From: Camelus ferus
Taxonomy: Eukaryota
DNA length: 64,000 nt
Direction of reading: 5' to 3'
Assembly: GCF_009834535.1 (NCBI RefSeq)
Contig: NC_045697.1
Location: forward strand, 77,192,001-77,256,000
Shown: piece after piece, positions 1-9,600 of the stretch
How positions within the stretch are numbered: position 1 is the first letter of the stretch
How the letters are laid out: each line of letters begins with the position of its first letter
The notes under the pieces: model-generated
Seen by the model: only the letters and a program-made list of their open reading frames with translations
Told to the model about the DNA's origin: nothing
The model's database searches: none
Translations under genes and position numbers: made by a program

Positions 1-29
1 TAATATTAAGTGCTTTCATTGCTATGCAG

Positions 30-144
30 TTTTTTTTTTTAAGGGGAGGTTTATTTATTTATTTTAATGAATGTACTGGGGATTGAACCCAGGCCCTTGT
101 GCATGCTAAGCACACACTCTACCACTAAGCCATACCTTTCGCCC
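30..144 (-). mobile_element. Camelid tRNA-derived SINE (Vic-1-like)
   Basis: Reverse complement has a tRNA-Ala-like head (GTATGGCTTAGTGGTAGAG...CTTAGCATGC...GGTTCAATCCCCAGTAC) and an A-rich tail. Confidence 0.85.
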
Positions 145-856
145 TTGCAATTTTGAAATAGTTCTCAATTTCCACTTATTTCCTACTTAGTCCATGAATA
201 TTTATAATATATGTGTTATTCAAATTCCATTTCTAGTGATGTTTTATCTTTTTGTTAATTTCTAACTTCATGAACAAAGCTTATGTGTTAACAAGTTAAA
301 AAATATTTTTGAGATCTCCTCTGAGGCCTAATATAGGGTAACTATATTGTGAATCTTCCATATGAGTTCTAAAATAATACATATTCTCATTGGGGTACAA
401 ATTCTTTATGACTCTTAATTGTTAAAAAAGAAAGGCCTAGGATCTGGAGGCAGAATAGGGAAAAGGAATATGCCTCTCCAGTTACCACTAGAATTCGATC
501 AGTGCTGCTGGCATCTGCAGAGGATATATGAGAAGTTGCTCAATTCAGATGGCTTTACAAGTAAGACCAGGTGACATAAATATAAATCTTCTTTTTTGTA
601 AATGAATTTTCCTTCCACCTTGACTGAAGCTAGCGCCTTTGCTAGATGTAGGTAAGTGATACCAACAGTAGATAATCCAGTATCATCATTGGTTCACTTA
701 TCTGTGAAAAACCGAGTTCTCAAATGATAGTCTGAGGACATAAGTGAATAATGTCTGCAAAGGCAGGTTGTCTGAAAGCCAGTGGAAGAAATTGCTTTAT
801 TAGAAGCTAAAGCACAAGTCTGAATGTTCATGCCCTAATCAAGGATGTGACACACA

Positions 857-1052
857 GCTAAAACTAGCATGAGGCAAGCGAGGCACTTGCCTTGGGCACA
901 AAATTTAAAGGGGCACCAAAACACTGAGTCAATGAGATATTTTAATATATTAAAAACTCAAAATTAATGCAAAAAATCCATGATGAACAGAATATCAAAA
1001 TTTTAAATAAAGAAAGGATTTGACCCCACACATTAACGATTCACCTCACATC
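857..1052. mobile_element. hAT MITE, MER96-like
   Basis: Termini GAGGCAAGCGAGGCAC...GGGCACAAAATTTAA and CACCTCACCCTAATCCC resemble the recalled MER96/MER96B consensus. Confidence 0.6.
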
Positions 1053-1149
1053 ACCTCACCCTAATCCCAGCCGTGTCTATGAGTTGGTCAGGTGGTTAAA
1101 TGATGTCAGAAGAGACAGGCAGTGTAAGGTCAAATCTACCTTGGGGTCT

Positions 1150-1325
1150 TGGAGTCAAAAAATCTTGCGTTGATAGTTATCTAATTCCAGACTTGAATTC
1201 TGACTACGTGACCTTAGATAAGTTACTTAACCTACTAAAGTTCGTTTCTTCATCTGTAATAGGGAGCCAATAACACTAATCTAACGAGGTTTTTGCAATG
1301 ACTAAACAAGGCAACACAAAGTGCC
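1150..1325 (+). mobile_element. MIR SINE remnant
   Basis: MIR core-like text GTGACCTTAGATAAGTTACTTAACC...TTTCTTCATCTGTAA. Confidence 0.7.
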
Positions 1326-1342
1326 TATGCTTTGGACCCAAA

Positions 1343-1976
1343 GAGGCAGATCCAAATTTTGTGGAGCCTGGGATTATATAATTTGGGAGACTTTAAGAAA
1401 AATATAATAAAAAGTTAGGAATACAAAATTGGTGTGGTAATGAATATTTAGAGTGAGGAAATAAGTCATAAGTAGCAAATTTTTTAAAAGCATAAAACTC
1501 CCCCCAATAAAACATATTTAAAATTAGTTGCCCCTATACATCACTGTCATACTTTTTTCTCCCTGCCAGCTTTTTGGCTACATTCCCTTTAACTATCTTT
1601 TCATAGGACAACAATTTTGTAATACTTTTTAAGTTTTTTAAGATGGGGGTGGATAATTAGATTTATTTGTTTATTTTTTTAATGGAGGTACTGGGGATTG
1701 AACCCAGGACCTCATGCATGCTAAGTATGTACTCTACTACTGAGCTGGACCCTACTCCCCTTGTAATACTTTCTATAGAGAGAATGGAAAAGATCATATT
1801 CTGTAGCACTGTAGTTTAGAAAAGTGTCTCTAAGCTTTACAACTCACTATTGGTAATGTCATGTCAATTCTTAAAAGTGTTTTTCGTATATGAGCTGTAA
1901 CATTTGGAAGACTATTCCACAGACTAGCTTCTGGGCATTCATTTCACGTGTTGCTTCTTTTTACTAGCCACACACC
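1343..1976 (-). mobile_element. hAT-Tip100 (Zaphod-like) DNA transposon fragment, interrupted by a SINE
   Basis: Terminus GGCAGATCCAAATTTTGTGGAGCCTG; 1813-1975 is homologous to the reverse complement of 3286-3481; decayed hAT dimerisation motif TLPIVSCKA*RHFSKL on the minus strand. Confidence 0.7.
1629..1760 (-). mobile_element. Camelid tRNA-derived SINE with TSD
   Basis: tRNA-like head on the minus strand; TSD TTGTAATACTTT at 1617-1628 and 1761-1772. Confidence 0.9.
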
Positions 1977-2206
1977 CAGGTAACCTGGGGAGTCAACAAA
2001 GCAAGAGAACTCTAGACACTGCAGATGGAAGGGCGTCCTGGGGCTGCTATGTCCACACTGTAGCACAACGAACTTCACCACAATGTGTGAGAATCTTGGT
2101 GAGACAGAACACTTACTCTTGGTGAACTAGTTCATTAGTACTACTTACATATTACAGCCTCTTCATATTTGAATCTCTGTTCTCACTTTGCAGAAAAAAA
2201 AATTCT

Positions 2207-2440
2207 TAAACAGCTTTATTTGTATCATTTACGTACAATAAATTTCACTCATTTAAACTGTACAAATGATTTTTAGCAAATTTATAGACTTATGCAACAA
2301 TCACCACAATCCAATTCAGGACATTTCCATCACCCCAAGAGGATTCCTCACACTCATTTGCATCACTCCCAATTCCACCTCCAGCCCCAGGCAACTACTG
2401 ATCTACCTTCAGTCTCTATAGATTTGCCTATTTTGCATTT
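2207..2440 (-). mobile_element. Old L1 (L1MB/MC-like) 3' end
   Basis: CAGCTTTATT...ACATTTCCATCACCCCAA...CCCCAGGCAACTACTGATCTAC is typical antisense L1 3' UTR. Confidence 0.75.
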
Positions 2441-2835
2441 CTCTTTGGTCCCAAGGTCTCTGATCTTTGCCCTCCAGCCCTTGCACAGCACTTCATTCTC
2501 TGCATATTGTTACCCTTTCCATCTGTATCCACAGCTTCCGGACTTTTCCTCTATTGCATCTGTTTTAAGTTGCTCTTCCTCTCTATTAGCATAATTTCAT
2601 TTATTCCTTGTTGACTGAGTCTCTAATTGAAAGCAGGAATTGTGCGAGCACTCTGACACAGCACCTGTCCCGCTGCAGCTATAATCTATCTGGAGAGCCA
2701 GACATAAATGTAAATAAACAGTGTGGTAAGTTCTACAAAATAGGCAGGTACTAGGTGCTATGGAAAGGATTGGAGTAACAATAATAGCATTTATTGAGGA
2801 CTTGGGTGTCAGCAAACTTGATTTAGCTTAAGCTT

Positions 2836-3655
2836 CAGGGTCTTCCCTTGCACAAGCCTTTCAAAGGCACCTGGTTGGAAGGAGGTTCCCTAGCAATGCA
2901 GTCATTCGGTGATAAGTTTTTGCGATATTTCTAAAAGTAAGATATTGTAACTGGAATCACTTAAGATCACTGTCTGGTTCTTCTTCAACCACCCCTCTGT
3001 CACATCTCATGTCAGATGGCTGAGTAGCCATGGCCGTTTTCAAGATCCAACAAAAAGTAAGGTGAGTTGGAGATACACTTAGTTTGGGTTTAGGAGGGTA
3101 ATTTTATGTGGCTCACAGTCATTTCCATGTATTATGAAGTATTGCTAGCCATGCCCATGCAGGAATGCCTTCCAAGAATACTCCTATCACCTACTGGGCC
3201 AACTTACCCAGTGTTGTGACAAAAGGGCAGGGCTCCAGAGATTGCACTGCAGTGTGAATGTGCCCTATGGTGCCAAGTGACCAGAGTGTGTGGCTGGTAA
3301 AAAGAAATGATGCTTGAAATAAATGGATACAGAACCTAGTCTGTGGAATATTCTTCCAAATACTACAGCTCATGTATGAAAAATACTTGATAGAAGTTTG
3401 CCCAAATTTAAGAACAATTGTAAGAACTGACATGACATTACTAATAGTGAGTTGTAAAGCTTAGAGACACTTTTCTAAACTGTCAATGATATGTAAAAAC
3501 AAATCAACATGCTAGAGAAAAGACAATTATCTTTTCTATCCTCGCTTTAGATAGTATTACAAAATTGTTGTCCTATGAAAAGGCAATTGTAGGGAATGTA
3601 GTCCATAAAAAGCAACTGTTGGAAAAAAAGTATTACAGTGACGTATAGAGGCAGG
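2836..3655 (+). mobile_element. hAT-Tip100 (Zaphod-like) internal fragment with decayed transposase C-terminus
   Basis: 3432-3490 translates MTLLIVSCKA*RHFSKLSMI, matching the hAT C-terminal dimerisation motif (TLPxxSxxxERxFSxL) with a stop. Confidence 0.7.
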
Positions 3656-3716
3656 TTCTGTGCTCAGAAATGGACACTTTCTCCTCTTCTCCATTTCTCT
3701 CCAAATGAAACTCATC

Positions 3717-4355
3717 TTTTTTTTTCTTTTTTCCCTCAGCTCTACTGAGGTATAATTGACAAATAAAAAGTGTATATATTTAAATTATACAACATGATGG
3801 TTTGATTTATGTATACATTGTGAATGATAACCACAATCAAGTTAATTAACACATCCATCACCTCATAGTTACCTTTCTTTTTTTGAGGTGGTTAGTACAG
3901 TTAAGATCTACTCTCTTAGCAAATTTGAAGTATATAATACAGTATTATTAATTACAGTCACCATACTGTACATTAGATCATCAGAAGTTACTCATAATCG
4001 AAAGTTTGTACTTTTTGACCAATATCTTCCTACTTCCCCACCTCCCAGCCCTGGAAACCACTGTTCTGCTCTCTGGTTCTATGAGTTTGACTTTTAGATT
4101 CCACATATAAGTGAGATCATATAGTTTTTGTCCTCCTCTGTTAGACTTATTTCACTTAGTATAATGTGCTGCGAGTCTGTCCATGTTGTTGCAAGTGGCA
4201 AAATTTCATTCTTTGTATGGCTGAGTAGTAAATCATTGTGTATCTATATTGTCACCATTGGCAGGATTTCCTTCTATTTTTATGGCTGAGTAATTTTTAT
4301 ATATTTTATATATATTACATTCATTCCTTGATGGACTCGAGTTATTCCCATATCA
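3717..4355 (-). mobile_element. L1MA-like 3' UTR/ORF2 end
   Basis: Poly(T) start, then TACTGAGGTATAATTGACAAATAAAA...TTAGATTCCACATATAAGTGAGATCAT. Confidence 0.85.
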
Positions 4356-4362
4356 TGGCCAG

Positions 4363-4580
4363 TGGAGCAAAGGGAACCCTTGTGCACTGTTGGTGGGAAT
4401 GTAAATTGGTGCAGCCATTATGGAAAGCAGTACGGAGGTTCTTCAAAAAAATTAAAATAGAACTACCATAGATCCAGTAATTCCACTACTGGATATTTAT
4501 CCAAAGGAAATGAAACAAGTATCTCAAAAAGATAGCTGCACTTCCGTGTTTATTGCAGCATTACTCACAATAGCCAAGAT
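4363..4580 (+). mobile_element. Inverted L1 ORF2 C-terminal segment
   Basis: Encodes [28 protein letters not shown] (L1 ORF2 C-terminal motif), opposite in orientation to the adjoining L1 3' end. Confidence 0.85.
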
Positions 4581-4856
4581 AAATTTATTTATTGGGAGCA
4601 CTAGCTAACAGAAGGAAAGAACTCGGGTTAAAGTAAATTACTTCCCACGTGGACTCTGCGTTTAATGTGTCACTAACTGTGCAGGGCAATGGTGTTTAGA
4701 AACACGGGTGCTAGTTAACAGATATGAATCAGTCTTTAATGGTGACAGAATGTTTGCTATCATAGAAACTGGCATCTTCTTTCAATAAAGGATCTCATTA
4801 TTAGGAGAGATTTGCCATTTGTTGCATTGTTGGCCAGCTTGATTCACTCAAGCCTC

Positions 4857-5076
4857 TTGCAGATTGAGCAAATGAAAATACCGAATGCCCAGCTAAATTT
4901 GAACTACATATTAAGAACAAATAACAGTGTATCACAGATATTTCTTTTTTAAAAAAAAAAATAAGTGTGACCCATGCAATATTTGGGATATACTTTTACT
5001 AAAAAAACAAAGGTATTTGTTGTTTATCTGAAAGTCAAATTTAACTGAGCAGCCCATATTTTATCTAGCGACTCTG
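4857..5076. mobile_element. Palindromic hAT MITE, MER53-like
   Basis: Inverted arms CCCAGCTAAATTTGA / TCAAATTTAACTGAG with central CCCATGCAATATTTGGGA. Confidence 0.7.
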
Positions 5077-5289
5077 TTGTAAGTAAGCTATGTGAAAGCT
5101 TGGATTAGGTTGCTCTTAAACAGTTCATGTTTGTTTTTACGAACAAAAAGTCTCCAAGAAAAAACATTAGATTTTCCAATTGTTGGGAAGACTAAGTTCT
5201 TTCGGTTCCCTAGCTCCTTCAGTTAAAAACGTGCTTCAAAGGAGAAACCAATTTGGCTGTGGGAGAGAGTGTCCCAAAGAGCTCTGGGA

Positions 5290-6600
5290 GGGACGCCACC
5301 TAGTGAACCGCAAACCTCTGGCTGAGGTAGGCCTGGGCGACCGTCACCGCGCTCACCAGTGAGCAGAGGATCCAGCCATCGCAGCCCACGGCCCACTCCT
5401 CGAGCCAACTGAGAGGTGGAGCCATAGCGAACCTGCTTTCTTTCCTTCCTTTCCTCTCGGCCCGGGAGGGAAACTTCCAGAGAGACCGTGCCTCTCTCCA
5501 GATCCCTGACGCTCTTTTCCGCTCGCCCCCACGCGTCCTTGCCCTGTGGTGGGGAATGGGGAAGACTGCCCCTAGGGCACCAGGATTAATAGCGAGTTTT
5601 GAAACCAACAGCTCGCAGGTGCGAGTTGCCGGCTCTCGTTCATTTCAGAAGGCGCTTCCACGGGGAGAGGCGGGCCAAGCATCCGCGCTGCCCCCTCGAA
5701 ACGCGAGATGCAGGGGGCGGGTCCCTCGTGCCCTCTTTCTCTAACCCCTCCCTTTTTAAATTTTGGTCGGAGGAAAGAAAACAGCCTCGCGCCCGGGTGT
5801 GAGCTAAGAAGGGAAAGGGACACACCCTCCCTTTAGCCCGTCCCGCCCCGCGCTGCGCGGTTCGGGAGGCGGGAGGCGGGGGCCGGGCGAGGCTGCGCCC
5901 GCGGAGGACGCCAGTTGCCAGCCGCCAGGCGCCGACCATGGCTCGCTGACTCGGGCGGGAGCGCCGCGCCGCGCCGCGCAGGATGATGCTCCGGAGGGGC
6001 CCCTGGCCGTGGCGCGTGAGGCTGCTGCCGACCCCCAGGACCCTAGGCCGAGCGTATCCGCGGCCGCCGATGCCCCAGGTAAGCCCAAGCTCGGCGTCGG
6101 GGGAGTCGCCTGGAAAAGTTTGCGTGGGGCAACTTCGCGGGAGCCAAAGCCGAGCGGCTGGGACGTTCACTGCGTTTTGCTGTCTTGTTCCCAACCACGA
6201 GGTGGGCGCCGGGGCCGAGTCGGTGTCACCCCCAGGGATGGAAGGGAGGAAAGACCAAGACTGCGGGGACGTGCGCCGGCGCATCACCTCAGTTAAGTTG
6301 GGGTGCGGGGACCACTGGGCGGTGGCCCGGGGAGCAGCACAGTTACCCCGGGAGGCGCCTTCTCCACGTCCAAACCGCGGTCTGGAGTAAGTTTTCAGAG
6401 CCGCTTTACTGTCGGCTGGGTCGTTGGTGCCGAAGTGGCCCAGACGGGTTAAGAAAACGGTAGAACCGAGCGGAGTGACTGCCCTGAGCGTGCACTGTCG
6501 TAGGCGAGTGAAATTTCCATACTGAAAACTGGGAGCACTTCCCTTTCAGAGAGGGAAGAAAAACTCGCGTTTTGTTCCGAGACCCGAGAGACGGGTGAAT
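5290..6600. promoter_or_regulatory. CpG island / TATA-less promoter
   Basis: Sharp rise in GC and CpG density; GC boxes (GGGCGG about 5714, CCGCCC about 5843, GGGAGGCGGG 5864-5880); Inr-like CCAGTT at 5911-5916. Confidence 0.92.
5913..6078 (+). other. ARHGEF28: First exon of a long + strand gene, probably 5' UTR; tentatively ARHGEF28 (RGNEF) exon 1
   Basis: Lies in the CpG island after GC boxes and an Inr-like site; strong donor CAG|GTAAGC at 6078/6079. Gene name rests only on recalled similarity to the human first exon (ending GCCGCCGATGCCCCAG, long intron 1). The exon itself is better supported (about 0.85) than the name. Confidence 0.45.
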
Positions 6601-9600
6601 CATGAGTGTGTGCTGGTGAGTAACAGTTGGCCTGACACAGTTGTAGTGCAGTTTGTAGAACCGTTGCTTGAGGGAGGGAGGAGAGTGGATGTGAACTTTA
6701 AAAGACACAGGAAGACGGGGGGAAAGTACTGATTGTAACTGGGCTTGTGATGGAGCCTGGAAGGAGACCAGGAGCCCTCACTTTGAGCCTAACGAGGAAA
6801 GACAGCCTTTTAAATAAAGCCTTCCAGGTGTGTGCGTTGGGGAGGGCGTTGTTTGAGTTTTAGTTCTGAACACCGCCTCCCCACCCTCATAAATCAGTTT
6901 CAGATTGTTAACGAGAAAAAGATTTATTTTTTCTTCTCAGTTGTGCAGTTTGAAAGAAAAGCAGAAAGTAAACGATGCCGGTTACCATTATCTTGTCTCT
7001 TTCACTTCCTGGTTTTGTTTTGTTTTTTTTTTTTTTCCTTCAATTCTCACAGGTCCTCAGAGTTTGGAATGATGGAGGAAACATTTAAAGGCGTTTAAAA
7101 AATGCCTTCCCTGAATGTCTGAAAGAGGGAGGGCATTTTGTTCCTTTGAACTAGGAAAGGGGCAAACTTCTTAAAATGTGAAAGGGTAGACCTAATAGAG
7201 TAATTGGAGAGAGGCTTTTTCCACTTTGTGAAATTTGCTCTTTAATTATAAACATTGCACTTTACAGTTAAAGATATACCAAACAGTAAAACAGCCCAAC
7301 ACAAGGAACCCCCTTCACTCTGTGCCATTTAAACTTTAATGATTGATTCAGTTTCTTCTTAAATCCATATAACACTTTGAGTAAGATGTTTATGGCTCCC
7401 AAGACTGGCTGCCCTTTCTCAAGTAATTGTCAACTCTAAGCTCCTTTCTCCATGTTCCCCACCTGATGCTATCCAGGGTGGTGCCAATGCATGCCCCAGC
7501 AGGAATTGGACACTCCTTAAAAGAGGTAGAAAATGACACGGTGGGGCTTAATAGGGCTTAATCATAGGGGAACAGTGGTCAGTACTTTGTCTTTAGGTAA
7601 TCATCTTAAGAAGTCTTACTGTTTCTAATTTGCAGATTTTTGTTTTTTAAGTCTTGGCCGTCCATGCTATTAAGTCAGTTTGCGGAACTTTAGAAATAGC
7701 TGCCTTCCATCATTTCACTTGTCTGGTTGAAGACCCCCAAAGAATAAAGAGAAGCCTTTGAGTTTGCTTCTTTATATGCTCTCTGAAATTGTACCGTAAA
7801 GAAACTGACAGAAACATCCTGGCCACCTAGGAGATTTAGCTAGGGCTACTGAACCATTTTCTGCAAATCACACTAACTTGTTGTAGGGACATTTTTCATT
7901 CTAAGGTCTCACTGTTTTTTGATTGCCCTATTTGATATGAGAAGTCTTATGGCTAAAAACAAGCATTATTTCTATATATTTTTGCTTATCAACATTCAGA
8001 GCCTCTGAAAGCAGCAGGGGGGAAAAAGAGAAAAGGTGATATATGTGACCTGACAGCTCATAAAATCCTTGCTTGAAAGGACTTGTCATTAATAGTATCT
8101 CAAATAAGCATTCCCGATTATATTTGGCTTTTTCTGAAAGTCTGAGTGTACTTTATAGGAACATTTAGTAATTTTGAATAATAGCCATTTATGCTTCACA
8201 TGGTAGGTGAGTAATTGCCATTGTTTTGTGGGTAAAAAAAAGTTTGTCAACACGAATGTGTTTAGGATAGCAGAATTGCTTTTGAAAGAACACATTTCGT
8301 CTGAAGCATGAGAGAGCGGGAGCATGTTGTATTACCTTTGGTCAAGGTATTGCTTGCTGTCCATGGTCACGTTCCAGGGTCAGCATCTCTGCTTGTCAGC
8401 AGCACTCCGGCTGAGTGGTTGTCACGGCAATCCACGGCTCCTGCTGGCCGTTCTGTTGTGGAGGGCGCAGCCTTGAGTGATTATGGTACCTGGTGAATTA
8501 TCACTAAACACAAAGCTTTTGCCTAATCTTGCCTTTCTTAATTTGGGTCTTGGTTGGAGAGACTCCCTGATATGATTTCAGGCTTCCAGTACAGCATTTG
8601 AGTCCCTACATAAGCTATGTTTAAAATTTTTTAAAAATCAGGTGTACTTTGCAGAGAAATTTAAGTATTGAGTTTGCTTTTTTGAAAACTAGAAACAAAG
8701 CGTATCCATGTTTTAATTCCACCATCAAATGTTAATTTAGAATTTGTCTTCTATCTTTTGAATTAAATAAACATGTTATTCTTGCTTGACACTTTCCTAC
8801 CATTCTACATCTTGTGTTTCTACTTGGCGCATTGCGTTCTGTAATACCAATTTCAGAGCTCTCTCCCAAGGGCAGTGATTGCTTTTACATTGGTGATTGT
8901 ACTTACAGTGTAGAAAAGACACAGATGCTTTGCTCTCACTAATTGTAGACCACTTTGTCTATTAAATGTTAAACATTACCACTTTCCCAGCACTTAGATA
9001 TTAGTGCTGGAGTTTTTGTTTGGGTTTTTTTTTATTTTTAAACTTTACTGTTTATTGCAATTTAACAATATTCTGTTTTACAGCTAACTCTAAGCTAGGA
9101 AATCATTTTGTAGCTTGGCAGATAAATATTTGCTGAATGAGGTCCCTGTGAAACTAAGGGAGACAATCAGAGGCTAAGTATTGGTCTATCTAATAGCTAT
9201 ATAAACCAAATGTGTTTACTTCGTACAGTGGAAATAAGCAGCTAATTGAGTTGATGATGGGCAGTTAAAACATCTGAGGGCCGAGCTGGCCCCGCCCCAC
9301 TGAGCTCCTGAGCTTAGCCAAGCCGTTCAGTCTGTTTGAGCCTATTTTACTCCCTTTTCAAAACAAGATTTGTCTAATTGGTCTCCAAAGCCCTTTCCAT
9401 CCTAAAATTGCCATTTATTTTATTGAGGGTTGTAAGTATACTATTGAATAAAATATTGTCAGTGTCAGAATGTTTATCTCAATGGTGGAGAATCCTCTTT
9501 TGTGTGATCTTAGGCAGTCAGTAGAGCGGCAGTTTTAACTAGTGATTGTAGTAACTGTTTTCCGCCTTGAAAAGAAATTGGAATTTGATGGGGTGAGCAT

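Noticed and set aside
5640..6287. 215-aa minus-strand ORF and other overlapping ORFs in the CpG island
   Set aside because: Low-complexity R/P/G/A composition typical of stop-poor GC-rich DNA; no recognisable domain.
5983..6390. 135-aa ORF as a single-exon CDS
   Set aside because: It runs through a strong donor at 6078; the remainder is most likely intron.
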